Assembly: GCA_017958465.1 (NCBI GenBank)
Contig: JAGDCQ010000011.1
Coordinates: forward strand, 1 to 39,594
DNA from: Lachnospiraceae bacterium
GTDB taxonomy: Bacteria > Bacillota > Clostridia > Lachnospirales > Lachnospiraceae
Direction of reading: 5' to 3'
Length of the DNA: 39,594 bases
A program made the position numbers and the translations under genes. The notes below the pieces were generated by a model, which worked only from the letters and a program-made list of their open reading frames with translations, made no database searches and was not told the origin of the DNA. Position 1 is the stretch's first letter. The number at the start of each line of letters is the position of its first letter. Of the stretch, positions 27,519 to 37,039 are shown in pieces.

Positions 27519-29768
27519 ATGAACACACAACGTGAAGACGAAGTAATCCAGATAGATTTTTCCGAGGAGATGAAGACCTCCTACCGCGACTACGCCATCA
27601 GCGTCATCATCGCGCGTGCGCTGCCCGATGTGCGCGACGGCTTAAAGCCCGTTCAGCGCAGGGTTTTGTACGCTATGAACGAGCTGGGGCTCGATCCGAA
27701 GAAGCCGCACAGGAAGTCGGCCCGTATCGTCGGTGATACAATGGGTAAATATCACCCCCACGGCGATGCCTCGATCTATGAGGCCCTGATGCATATGTCG
27801 GAGGCGTATACCCTCTCGCTGCCGCTTGTTGACGGCCACGGTAACTGCGGTTCCATCGACGGCGACCCCGCGGCTGCCATGCGTTACACGGAGGCCAGGC
27901 TCTCAGCCGGCGCCATGACGCTTCTTGAGAACCTCGACAAGGGCCTTGTGGAGTTTATGCCCAACTTTGACGATTCGGAAAAGGAGCCCACGGTCCTTCC
28001 CGCAACCCTGCCAAACCTCCTCATCAACGGCACGACGGGTATCGCGGTTGGTATGGCCACGAACATCCCTCCCCATAACACAGGCGAGGTTATAGACGGC
28101 GTTATCGCGTATATGGACAAGCCCTCCATCACAACAGAGGAGCTTATGCAATATATCCCCGGGCCGGATTTCCCCACGGGTGGCTTTATCACCAACGGAA
28201 GCGCTTTGAAGGAGATATACGAGACCGGCGAAGGCAAGATCCGCTGCCGCGCCGCCACAGGCTTTGAAAAAGGTGACGGAGGCCGCACAAATATAGTAGT
28301 TACCGAGATCCCTTACACCTCAAGCGGCCAGAAGATGCGCCTTGTGGAATCGCTTGTTGGCCTTATGCGTGACAAGGCTTTCGACGAGATCTATGATGTG
28401 CGTGACGAGTCCTCTAAGGAGGGCATCCGCATCGTTATCGAGGTGAAAAAGGACAGGGACGCGGAAAACCTGCTTAACGGCCTTTTCAAGAAATCACCGC
28501 TCGAGGATACCTACGGCATCAACATGCTTGCCGTAAAGGAACAGCAGCCCCTCACTTTGAGCCTGAAAAGCATCATCGCGGAGTTTGTTGCCTTCCAGGA
28601 GGAGCTTTATACAAAAGAGTACGGCTACAGGCTGGATAAAGCGAATAAGCGCCTTGAGATCATCAGCGGCCTTATCCGCGCAACAGATATCATCGACCTT
28701 ATAATCGAGATCCTGCGCGGGTCTACGTCGCTTTCACAGGCGAAGGCGTGCCTGTGCCACGGAGATACTACTGCCATCCGCTTCAGGAACCCTGCCTCTG
28801 CGGAGCCTGCTTCGAAGCTCGACTTTACGGAAGCGCAGGCGGAGGCTATCCTTGCGATGCCGCTGTCACGCCTTATCGGTCTCGAGATCATGAAACTCCA
28901 CGAGGAGGAGCAGAAGCTGCGTGACACTATTGCCGACTGCAACCGAGTACTCGGCTCGGAAAAGGAGCTCCACAAGGCTATTAAAGAGCGCCTGCGCGCC
29001 TACAAGAAGCAGTTTGCCGTGCCGCGCCGCACAAGGATCCTGGATGTGGAGGCCGCAAGCTACAAAGAAGAGTTTGTAGAGGAAAACCTGGTCGTGCTCG
29101 TGGATAAGTTCGGGTACACAAAAACCGTGGACGAGGCCGCTTTTGCGAAGGCTTCCCCGGAGGCCCTTGCCGAGTACGTTCACGTTGTCAAGCTTAAGAA
29201 TACCGACAAATTCTGCGCGTTCACGGCGCAGGGCAACCTTTACCAGATCAAGGCGGGCGCGCTGCCGCGCTGCAAGATAAAGGATAAGGGTACGCTGATC
29301 CACACGCTTACGAAAACAAAGACCGAAGAGTTTATTTTCTATACTTCCTTTGAGGAACTGTTCGACAGCATGCTCCTCTTCTCCACAAAGCACGGTTACG
29401 TGAAGCGCGTTTCCGGCGCGGAGTTTGAGACGGGAAGGACTGTTGTCAACACTACAAAGCTTGAAGAGAAGGACGTTATCGTCTCAATCTGCCTGCTTGG
29501 CGCTACGGAGGCGCTTTCGGCGGATTCCCGCGTGATCATGCTCACGCAGAAGAAACTCGTTCTCGCATATCCGCTTTCGGATGTGCCGGAGCTTAAGAAG
29601 GTCAGCCGCGGAGTGAAGGGCATAACCCTCGACCAGGGCGATTCCGTGCTGGATGTGGCTGTTGCAGGCCCCGCAACGGAAAGCGTGGTGCTCCACTCTA
29701 AAACTTATTCGGTCAAAAAAATACGGTTGAAGCGCCGTACCGGCAAAGCCGGAAAGCTTAATGCCTGA
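27519..29768 (+). CDS. parC: Type IIA topoisomerase DNA-cleavage subunit (ParC/GyrA family; ParC-like)
   Basis: Motifs [33 protein letters not shown] and the catalytic [10 protein letters not shown]. It is 749 aa with a short C-terminal domain, and I see no QRRGGKG GyrA box. Confidence 0.85.
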   Translation: MNTQREDEVIQIDFSEEMKTSYRDYAISVIIARALPDVRDGLKPVQRRVLYAMNELGLDPKKPHRKSARIVGDTMGKYHPHGDASIYEALMHMSEAYTLSLPLVDGHGNCGSIDGDPAAAMRYTEARLSAGAMTLLENLDKGLVEFMPNFDDSEKEPTVLPATLPNLLINGTTGIAVGMATNIPPHNTGEVIDGVIAYMDKPSITTEELMQYIPGPDFPTGGFITNGSALKEIYETGEGKIRCRAATGFEKGDGGRTNIVVTEIPYTSSGQKMRLVESLVGLMRDKAFDEIYDVRDESSKEGIRIVIEVKKDRDAENLLNGLFKKSPLEDTYGINMLAVKEQQPLTLSLKSIIAEFVAFQEELYTKEYGYRLDKANKRLEIISGLIRATDIIDLIIEILRGSTSLSQAKACLCHGDTTAIRFRNPASAEPASKLDFTEAQAEAILAMPLSRLIGLEIMKLHEEEQKLRDTIADCNRVLGSEKELHKAIKERLRAYKKQFAVPRRTRILDVEAASYKEEFVEENLVVLVDKFGYTKTVDEAAFAKASPEALAEYVHVVKLKNTDKFCAFTAQGNLYQIKAGALPRCKIKDKGTLIHTLTKTKTEEFIFYTSFEELFDSMLLFSTKHGYVKRVSGAEFETGRTVVNTTKLEEKDVIVSICLLGATEALSADSRVIMLTQKKLVLAYPLSDVPELKKVSRGVKGITLDQGDSVLDVAVAGPATESVVLHSKTYSVKKIRLKRRTGKAGKLNA

Positions 29769-30366
29769 AATGCCAAATTACCAGATTGAATTGGAAAAGA
29801 TCATAAACAGCCTCGGTGACCGTGTCCCGAGGCTTCTTTTGCACAGCTGCTGCGCCCCCTGCTCAAGTTATTGCCTTGAGTATCTCTCGGATCATTTCGA
29901 GATCACGGACCTTTTCTACAACCCCAACATCTTTCCGGAGGAGGAGTACCGCCACCGCGAAAATGAACTGCAGCGCCTGATCGCTCAGATGCCCCTGAAA
30001 CACCCCGTGACTTTTCTGGCGGGCAACTATGACCCCAAAGAGTTTTTTGATGCTGTAAAGGGCTTAGAACGCGTTCCGGAGGGCGGTGAGCGCTGCTTTA
30101 TATGCTATGAGCTCAGGCTCCGCGAGGCTGCGCGCATTGCAGCCGAAGGGAACTTCGATTTTTTCACTACGACTCTTACGATAAGCCCTCTTAAGAATGC
30201 GGATAAGCTGAACGAGATCGGGCAGGCACTTGGCCGCGAGTACGGTGTCGCCTTTCTGCCTTCCGATTTCAAAAAGAAAAACGGCTATAAGCGTTCTATT
30301 GAGCTTTCCCGCGAATATGATCTTTACCGCCAGAATTTCTGCGGCTGTGTGTTTTCAAGGTCCTGA
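29761..30366 (+). CDS. queH: Epoxyqueuosine reductase QueH (DUF208)
   Basis: Motifs [33 protein letters not shown] and NFCGCVFS. The start overlaps the parC stop by 8 nt. Confidence 0.85.
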   Translation: MPEMPNYQIELEKIINSLGDRVPRLLLHSCCAPCSSYCLEYLSDHFEITDLFYNPNIFPEEEYRHRENELQRLIAQMPLKHPVTFLAGNYDPKEFFDAVKGLERVPEGGERCFICYELRLREAARIAAEGNFDFFTTTLTISPLKNADKLNEIGQALGREYGVAFLPSDFKKKNGYKRSIELSREYDLYRQNFCGCVFSRS

Positions 30367-30427
30367 TCATTCTCCGGAGGGTAACTGCCGGTGCATGCGC
30401 ATCTCTCTGTTTCTGTAACAAAAACGC

Positions 30428-30456
30428 TTGACCCCGCGGGCGATAGGTAGTATATT
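30428..30456 (+). promoter_or_regulatory. Candidate sigma-A promoter for the MFS transporter gene
   Basis: TTGACC (30428-30433), a 17-nt spacer, then TATATT (30451-30456). Confidence 0.45.
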
Positions 30457-30520
30457 GATAGTGGACACTGAAAAGTGAAAAATCAGTTTCCGAATTATTG
30501 AGGTTTAACGGGAGAAAAAC

Positions 30521-31918
30521 ATGAAAAAACCAGACAAACAGCGTGAAGCAGCGGAATTATCACGCCTTCAGAAACTGGCGGGCATGAAAAAACCAGCCGC
30601 CTTTATGCTCATCACAATGGTGGTCCTCACCATAGTCTACATCGTGGACGAGATCACCTCCAACATGAACTCGACAATGCAGCCATACGCGTTGTTCGAC
30701 TTCTTCAACATCACATCCCGTGATGTCAACACATCAGAGTACAAAACAGCGCTCAGCACTGTGGCTCCGCTTTCCGTAGCATCAAACTTTCTTCTTATCA
30801 TCACGCCGTTCTACAAAGCTTTATCCGACAAATACGGCCGCAAGCTCTTCCTTATGATAAACACCGTGGGAATGGGCCTTGGCATGCTCGTAGTAATGAC
30901 GGCGCCCAACGTAGCCGTTTACATCATCGGTATGCTGCTTATGATGTTCTTCACACCGAATGATATGCAGGTCCTTTATATAATGGAGACCGCGCCGAAG
31001 GAAAAGCGCGCTACCTACTGCTTTGTGGCAAAAGGCATCGCACTTGTGAGCGTATCGCTCATTGGCGTGCTCGCAAGGATCTTTATGGATTCAAACGTTC
31101 CTTCAAGCTGGCGTATGGTCTACACCGTGCCCGTTGTGATGGCCGTTGTCATCGGCCTGCTGTCCTTCCTGCTCCTGCGCGAGACACCTGTTTTCGTTGA
31201 AGAGCGCATAAAGCTCCTCTCCATGACAGAAGAAGAGCGGATCGCAAAAGAAGAGCGCGAGAAAAAAGCCGGCCAGTCCGAAAAAGGCGGCGTTTTCAAC
31301 GCCATCAAATTCATATTCAAAAACCGCCAGCTGCGCTTCATCTTTATCGCGGGCTTTATATTCTACGCTACCACCTTCTACACATCCTACTATTCATCAG
31401 TGCTTGAAGGTGCTATGACAACTGAGATGGTTACAACAGCCCTCTTCATCTACCCGTTCTTTAACGGCCTTGTGACTATCCTTTCGGGCTTCCTGTCCGA
31501 CAGGCTCGGCCGCAAGAAAGTGTGCCTGCTGCTTGGCGGGATAACACTTGTAGGAGTGCTGGTGTTCGTGCTTGCATGCCGCCTTGACTGGGGCCCTATC
31601 GCCGCCGGCATCGCATACGGCTGCTCCATCGGAGGTCTGTGGTCCGTTTCCGACACACTGATCCTTACAATGCCTGCGGAGTCCTCGCCTTCAACAATGC
31701 GTTCCTCCGTAATGGGTACGATCACAGTAATGATCGGCTCCGGCATGTTCATCGGCCAGTTCACCTTCATCTTCCTGCAGAACTTCTTCCCCATGGACAT
31801 CCTGTTCCTGGTGCTCTGCGTTCCTTTCATGCTGCTGTCGCTGATCATCCTGATGGCAAAAGTAAAAGAAACAAAAGATGTTAACCTTGACGAGATAACG
31901 GTCGATACATATAAATGA
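30521..31918 (+). CDS. Major facilitator superfamily transporter
   Basis: About 12 predicted hydrophobic helices, MFS loop motifs SDKYGRK and SDRLGRKK, and a central charged loop. GGGAGA lies upstream of the ATG. Confidence 0.8.
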   Translation: MKKPDKQREAAELSRLQKLAGMKKPAAFMLITMVVLTIVYIVDEITSNMNSTMQPYALFDFFNITSRDVNTSEYKTALSTVAPLSVASNFLLIITPFYKALSDKYGRKLFLMINTVGMGLGMLVVMTAPNVAVYIIGMLLMMFFTPNDMQVLYIMETAPKEKRATYCFVAKGIALVSVSLIGVLARIFMDSNVPSSWRMVYTVPVVMAVVIGLLSFLLLRETPVFVEERIKLLSMTEEERIAKEEREKKAGQSEKGGVFNAIKFIFKNRQLRFIFIAGFIFYATTFYTSYYSSVLEGAMTTEMVTTALFIYPFFNGLVTILSGFLSDRLGRKKVCLLLGGITLVGVLVFVLACRLDWGPIAAGIAYGCSIGGLWSVSDTLILTMPAESSPSTMRSSVMGTITVMIGSGMFIGQFTFIFLQNFFPMDILFLVLCVPFMLLSLIILMAKVKETKDVNLDEITVDTYK

Positions 31919-31927
31919 CAAGGACAG

Positions 31928-31967
31928 GCGCCTGCAAGGCCAACGCTTTGCGGGCGCTGTGTTTTTG
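31928..31967 (+). terminator. Rho-independent terminator after the MFS gene
   Basis: GCGCCTGCAA (31928-31937) / TTGCGGGCGC (31948-31957) forms a 10-bp stem with one G-U pair. It is followed by tgtgTTTTT. Confidence 0.6.
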
Positions 31968-32100
31968 CAAAGTGGGCGCTTTGCCTGGCAAAATCTATGC
32001 GGGCGCTGTTTTTTCCAAGTGCCCGGCACACATTACGGGGCCCGCAACTACACAAACTTAAAGGTTTAAAAAATATTTTTAAAAAATCGAAAAGTTCTAT

Positions 32101-32126
32101 TAAGTTCTATGAAGAATAGACGATAT
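32101..32126 (+). promoter_or_regulatory. Candidate sigma-28 (SigD/FliA) promoter for flgM
   Basis: TAAG, a 14-nt spacer, then GACGATAT, against the Bacillus sigma-D consensus TAAA-N15-GCCGATAT. It lies about 90 nt upstream of flgM. Confidence 0.3.
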
Positions 32127-32215
32127 AACTTACAGAACAGGTAATTGGAGGCTCAAGGATGAGCGCCTGCGGGATAGACTCCCGTCTGTTCAGTATTTGT
32201 AAAGGAGTGATACAT

Positions 32216-32494
32216 ATGCGTATTGATGCGTTCAATCAGGTAAGTCAGCTGTACCGCACAAACGGTACTAAAAAGGCAGGCAAGACTAACACGACTGCTG
32301 CCACTGATAAGGTTGAGATTTCCCAGATCGGCAAGGACTTCCAGGTTGCTAAACAGGCTGTTTCCCAGGCATCTGACATCAGAGAAGACAGAGTTAACGC
32401 AATCCGTGAACAGATGAATAACGGTACATACAATGTATCGATGGAAGATCTGGCAGATAAGCTGCTTGGTAACTACTACGGCAGAGCTATCTGA
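32216..32494 (+). CDS. flgM: Anti-sigma-28 factor FlgM
   Basis: A 92-aa protein: MRIDAFNQVSQLY...DKVEISQ...REDRVNAIREQMNNGTYNVSMEDLADKLL. AAGGAG lies 9 nt upstream of ATG 32216. The ORF-track start 32159 lacks an SD. Confidence 0.85.
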   Translation: MRIDAFNQVSQLYRTNGTKKAGKTNTTAATDKVEISQIGKDFQVAKQAVSQASDIREDRVNAIREQMNNGTYNVSMEDLADKLLGNYYGRAI

Positions 32495-32512
32495 ACTTAA
32501 CGGAGGAATTTC

Positions 32513-33028
32513 GTGGCAAGTCTAACAGAGGAACTCATAAGCGTTCTTGAAAAGGAACATGAGGTTTACGACCGCCTTATTCCCATAACAGAGCAGAAAA
32601 CGAAAGTCATCATCTCCGGTAATCTTGAGGAGCTTCAAAAAGTTACCGACAAGGAGCAGGAGATAGTTGATCAGGTGATCGCGCTCGAAAAGAAGCGCGA
32701 AGATATCATCGTCAACATGGGCACGGTCCTCAACAGGGATCCGAAGACCCTCAAACTTAAGATGATGGTCAAACTGCTCGAGAAAAGGCCGGAAGAGCAG
32801 AAAAAACTCGCAATACTTCATGATTTGCTAACTGCACAGCTCAAACGAGTTGCGGAGCAGAACGAAAAAAACAAAATGTTAATAAATCAGTCCCTGGAGA
32901 TGATTCAATTCGAATTGAATTTGATTCAGAGCTCAAGGATGACGCCGGGGACGGGAAACTACACCAAAGGGGCATCAACAGTCGATGTACCAGTCGCAGG
33001 AACAGGGATGTTCGACGCGAAACAATAA
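32513..33028 (+). CDS. flgN: Flagellar chaperone FlgN family protein
   Basis: Helical, 171 aa (LISVLEKEHEVYDRLIPITEQKTKVII...). It sits between flgM and flgK. Start is GTG, with GGAGG 5 nt upstream. Confidence 0.7.
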   Translation: MASLTEELISVLEKEHEVYDRLIPITEQKTKVIISGNLEELQKVTDKEQEIVDQVIALEKKREDIIVNMGTVLNRDPKTLKLKMMVKLLEKRPEEQKKLAILHDLLTAQLKRVAEQNEKNKMLINQSLEMIQFELNLIQSSRMTPGTGNYTKGASTVDVPVAGTGMFDAKQ

Positions 33029-33223
33029 CGCAAAAGACTTGCGTTTGTTTGTCGAACGTTCCTTTTTTGCATTTAAAAACAGGGTAAATCGTCTAAAAAC
33101 AAACGCATATTAACATATATTCCACAACATAAAAACAAAGTTTCACGCAAAGTTGCAAAAATAACGTTAATGAAAATCGGGTAAGAAACCGATAAAAAAT
33201 GAGGAAAAAACAGAGAGGAGGAA

Positions 33224-35053
33224 ATGAATATGCCGTTAATGCAGGATCTGCTCGTAGGTGTTTCCGGTTTGAACGTGGCGCAGCGCTCCATCACCATGAC
33301 AGCGCACAACCTTGCAAACGTTGAAACGGAAGGCTTTGTAAGACAGCAGATAATTCAGGACTCTTCACATTACAACACCATCGGATTCGGTGCTCTCAAC
33401 TACCTTCAGGTAGGTATCGGTGTTGACACCGGCGCCGTTTACCAGGCAAGGGACAGCTTCCTCGACAGACAGTACAGGACAGAGATAGGGCGCGAAGCCT
33501 TTTACTCCACACAATATGCAGCCGTTCAGGAGATCGAAGAGCTTTTCGGCGAGCTTAACGGCGTAGCTTTCCAGGATAATATCGAGCAGCTCTGGTATTC
33601 GATCCAGGAGCTTGCCAAGGACCCCACCTCCCTTACAACAAGAGCAACCCTTGTAGAGACCGCCGTAACCTTCTCGGACCGCGCGGAGAGCATCTACAAT
33701 ATGCTCAAGAAATACCAGACAGACCTGGACACACAGGTAGAGGAGATGGTAGTAAGGATCAACCAGATAGGCGCAGATATCGTAAAGCTGAACGACGAGA
33801 TCTGTGCGTGCGAGGCAGCCGACCAGGAGCGTGCAAACGACCTGAGGGACCGGCGAAATGCCCTTCTCGACGAGCTTGGCGGGATGGTCCGCATCGACTA
33901 CCGCGAAAACGCTGACAGCCGTATCTACGTTAATATAGAAGAAGTGCCTTTCGTAACAGAAGACACCCACTTCGAGATGTCAACCGTCCGTTCCGCGGAC
34001 CTTCGCAATATGCAGCTTAAGGCCCAGGGCATCGAGCCCTCCACAGCAGAGACAAACACAGCCCTCACAGGACTTGTTCCCGTCTGGCCGGCCTACGGTT
34101 TTGCGGAAGTGATCAATATGTCGCGTGCTCCAAGCTCCGAGCAGAACACCGACATAGGAGAGCTCCGCGGCCTCCTGCTCACAAAGGGCATAAAGACCGG
34201 TAACTACACGGATATCCCCTACGAGCCCAAGATCTCGGACTTTACAGCCGAGGACGGTACCTTCGACAGAATGGGTTACGATCTGGCCATGACCCAGTTC
34301 CAGACAGACCTTTTCGTATATAACACCTACGTTGATACATCCGTTATCGTGAATGTCCAGTCGCAGTTCGACACCCTCATCCACGGCATCGTGACAACCA
34401 TCAACGACATCCTCTGCCCCAACAAAGAGGTTACTCTTCAGGACGGCTCGAAAGTCTGGATCCTGGACGAGGAAAACGCTCCCGAGGGCATGGATGTGAA
34501 CCACACAAAGGGCGAGGCGCTCTTCAACAGGAAGTCCGAGCCCCGCTACACCAGGAAGGACATCACCCTGGAGGACGGAACCACCGTCAGCGCCCTTGTT
34601 TACAACGAAGAGGATCCCGCGAACAACTACACGCTCTACACCTTAGGTGAGCTTGAGGTCAACCCTCATATAAAGGAAAACCTTTCAAGGCTGCCCCTTT
34701 CCCGTAACGGCGGCACCGGCGACTACGACGCAAGCGTCTGCAACAGGCTTATCCAGGCCTGGCAGGATCCGCAGCTTGTGCTCACCCCCACAAGCCTTGC
34801 AGAGGACACCTTCTACGAATACTACAACGAGCTTATAGGAGCGCTTGCCACAAGAGGTGAGGAGTTGCGTACGATAAGCGAAAATCAACAGACAATGACG
34901 AACAAGATAGACGAGCAGCGGACCTCCGTTACCGGCGTTTCCTCCGACGAGGAGCTTACAAACCTGATCCGCTTCCAGCACGCCTACAACGCATCGTCAA
35001 GATATATCAACGTGATCAACGAAATGCTGGAAACCATCATCGAGAGGCTGTAA
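33224..35053 (+). CDS. flgK: Flagellar hook-associated protein 1 (FlgK) family, paralogue 1
   Basis: N-terminal rod/hook motif SGLNVAQRSITMTAHNLANVETEGFVRQ. FlgK D1 region (WYSIQELAKDPTSLTTRATLVE...INQIGADIVKLNDEI). C-terminal DEELTNLIRFQHAYNASSRYINVINEMLETII. Confidence 0.8.
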   Translation: MNMPLMQDLLVGVSGLNVAQRSITMTAHNLANVETEGFVRQQIIQDSSHYNTIGFGALNYLQVGIGVDTGAVYQARDSFLDRQYRTEIGREAFYSTQYAAVQEIEELFGELNGVAFQDNIEQLWYSIQELAKDPTSLTTRATLVETAVTFSDRAESIYNMLKKYQTDLDTQVEEMVVRINQIGADIVKLNDEICACEAADQERANDLRDRRNALLDELGGMVRIDYRENADSRIYVNIEEVPFVTEDTHFEMSTVRSADLRNMQLKAQGIEPSTAETNTALTGLVPVWPAYGFAEVINMSRAPSSEQNTDIGELRGLLLTKGIKTGNYTDIPYEPKISDFTAEDGTFDRMGYDLAMTQFQTDLFVYNTYVDTSVIVNVQSQFDTLIHGIVTTINDILCPNKEVTLQDGSKVWILDEENAPEGMDVNHTKGEALFNRKSEPRYTRKDITLEDGTTVSALVYNEEDPANNYTLYTLGELEVNPHIKENLSRLPLSRNGGTGDYDASVCNRLIQAWQDPQLVLTPTSLAEDTFYEYYNELIGALATRGEELRTISENQQTMTNKIDEQRTSVTGVSSDEELTNLIRFQHAYNASSRYINVINEMLETIIERL

Positions 35054-35101
35054 GGAAACTTCGGCCGCGGCAGGCTCGCCCTGCAATGAGAGGAATGTGA
35101 C

Positions 35102-36985
35102 ATGCCTAATACTTTTTTTGGTCTTTCAATTGCAAAATCAGGTCTTTACGCTTCCATGACCGGAATAACGACCACGGCCCACAACATCTCGAATGCCGAG
35201 ACTAAGGGCTACAGCCGCCAGTACGCGTCTCTGGAGGCCAGCAAGGCTTTGCGCGTGTGGAACAAGAACGGTATGATAGGTACCGGTGTGGACGTTATCG
35301 GCGTGGACCAGCTGCGCAGCGAATATTACGACGTCAAATACCGCACGAACAACACCATCTACGGCGAGTTCAACACTAAGAACTACTACCTTTCGGAGGT
35401 TGAGAACTACTTTAACGAGATCAAGCTTGAAGGCTTTACCACAACCTTTGACAAGATGTTCGACACCATCCAGGAGCTTCAGAAAAACCCCACAAACCTT
35501 ACGGTCCGCACCCAGATGACTAACTACGCGAACGCGCTGTGCGAGTACTTCAACTACGTATACTCAAGCGTCCAGAAGGTGCAGCAGGAGGTTAACTACG
35601 AGGTTTACAACGAAGTTTCAAAGATAAATTCCATCGGCGTTCAGGTGGCGCACCTCACAAAGCAGATCAACACTCTCGAAGTCGTTGGCGGCAAGGCTTC
35701 CGACCTTCGTGACCAGCGTGCCCTCCTTATCGACGAGCTTTCGCAGATAGTGGATGTGGACGTGGACGAGGTTCCCATATCCCAGAAGACGGGCCTTGTA
35801 AGCTACACAGTCCGCATAAACGGCCAGCTCCTCGTGGACACCTACCATTCCAACGAGCTCAAGTGCGAGCCCAGGAAATCCAAGAACACAATGAACGACG
35901 CCGAAGGCCTCTACGACATCTTCTGGAAGCAGGACGGACAGGCCTTCAACCTTGGCGACGATACAACATCCGGTTCCTTAAAGGCGCTGTACGCCGTTAT
36001 GGACGGAAACGACAGGATGGCCTTCAAGGGCATGGCAACAGCGGAAAAGGGAGCAAAGACCCTGACCCTGGTTTCGGACTTTACCTATATGAACGAGGTT
36101 CAGCGCATGAACCTGGACCAGACCGGAACCCTGACACTCGGAAACAGAGACTACGATTACAACGGCTTCTCCGTTTCAAAGAACGATGAAGGCAAGTTTG
36201 TTTACACCTTCGCCCTTGACGACGAGATAGTTGTCGGCAGCGACGATATTTCCCCTGCGACAGAGGCCGTTTCCGGCTTCCGGTACAACACCATCATCGG
36301 CGGCGATGTGGACTACAAGGGTATCCCTTACTACCTTTCAAAACTCAACGAGTTTGTCCGTGTTTTCTCGGAAAACTACAACGACATTATAAAAGAAGGC
36401 GTGGACCTCAACGGTGATGCGGGCCTTGACATGTTCAACACCCGTCAGGTCGTAACAGGCCTGGATTACAACTTCGTAAAGGATTTCAGCGGCTACGGCC
36501 AGCCGGACGTGCTCTTTACTTCAAAGTCCGGCGAATACGAAGTGGAAGATGATACCCAGAACCTTGGTTCCTACTACTTTATGACAGCCGGCAACCTGTC
36601 CATCAACAAGACAGTGGATGCGGACCCGAGGAAAGTAGTAGCGGCAAAGACGATCGCAAACGGTATCGAAAACTCAGAGATAGCGCTCAAGCTCCTGTCC
36701 TTAAAGAACGAGCACGATATGTTCAGGCAGGGCACGCCGGCGCAGTTCCTCCAGACCCTTGTTTCGGAAGTTGGTATCGACACCAGCAAAGCCGAGCAGT
36801 TCGCAAAGAACCAGGAGGACGTCCTCGGGACCATCTCCAATCAGCGCCTTTCCGTATCCGGCGTTGACCAGGACGAGGAAGCAATGAACCTTGTACGCTA
36901 CCAGACAGCTTACGAGATGAGCGCAAAGGTAGTGAGCGTTATGAATGAGATTTACGCAAAGATGATAAACGAAATGGGCGTGTAA
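35102..36985 (+). CDS. flgK: Flagellar hook-associated protein 1 (FlgK), paralogue 2
   Basis: Motifs FGLSIAKSGLYASMTGITTTAHNISNAETKGYSRQ, INSIGVQVAHLTKQIN and the C-terminal DEEAMNLVRYQTAYEMSAKVVSVMNEIYAKMI. Confidence 0.88.
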   Translation: MPNTFFGLSIAKSGLYASMTGITTTAHNISNAETKGYSRQYASLEASKALRVWNKNGMIGTGVDVIGVDQLRSEYYDVKYRTNNTIYGEFNTKNYYLSEVENYFNEIKLEGFTTTFDKMFDTIQELQKNPTNLTVRTQMTNYANALCEYFNYVYSSVQKVQQEVNYEVYNEVSKINSIGVQVAHLTKQINTLEVVGGKASDLRDQRALLIDELSQIVDVDVDEVPISQKTGLVSYTVRINGQLLVDTYHSNELKCEPRKSKNTMNDAEGLYDIFWKQDGQAFNLGDDTTSGSLKALYAVMDGNDRMAFKGMATAEKGAKTLTLVSDFTYMNEVQRMNLDQTGTLTLGNRDYDYNGFSVSKNDEGKFVYTFALDDEIVVGSDDISPATEAVSGFRYNTIIGGDVDYKGIPYYLSKLNEFVRVFSENYNDIIKEGVDLNGDAGLDMFNTRQVVTGLDYNFVKDFSGYGQPDVLFTSKSGEYEVEDDTQNLGSYYFMTAGNLSINKTVDADPRKVVAAKTIANGIENSEIALKLLSLKNEHDMFRQGTPAQFLQTLVSEVGIDTSKAEQFAKNQEDVLGTISNQRLSVSGVDQDEEAMNLVRYQTAYEMSAKVVSVMNEIYAKMINEMGV

Positions 36986-37039
36986 GCCCGGTAGCCGGAG
37001 GTTTCAGCACCTGACCGGCAGCATTAGAAGGAGCAGCAG

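Noticed and set aside
25550-29768. Calling the topoisomerase pair DNA gyrase (gyrB/gyrA).
   Set aside because: The A subunit is short (749 aa), has a reduced C-terminal domain and no visible GyrA box, and there is no dnaA/dnaN/recF context. I call it ParE/ParC-like, but the sequence alone cannot exclude an atypical gyrase.
33029-33223. A strong sigma-28 promoter upstream of the first flgK (TAAT-N16-ACCGATAA, about 33168-33195).
   Set aside because: The -10 half is good, but the -35 half and the spacing are poor. I mention it only as a weak candidate and do not list it as a feature.
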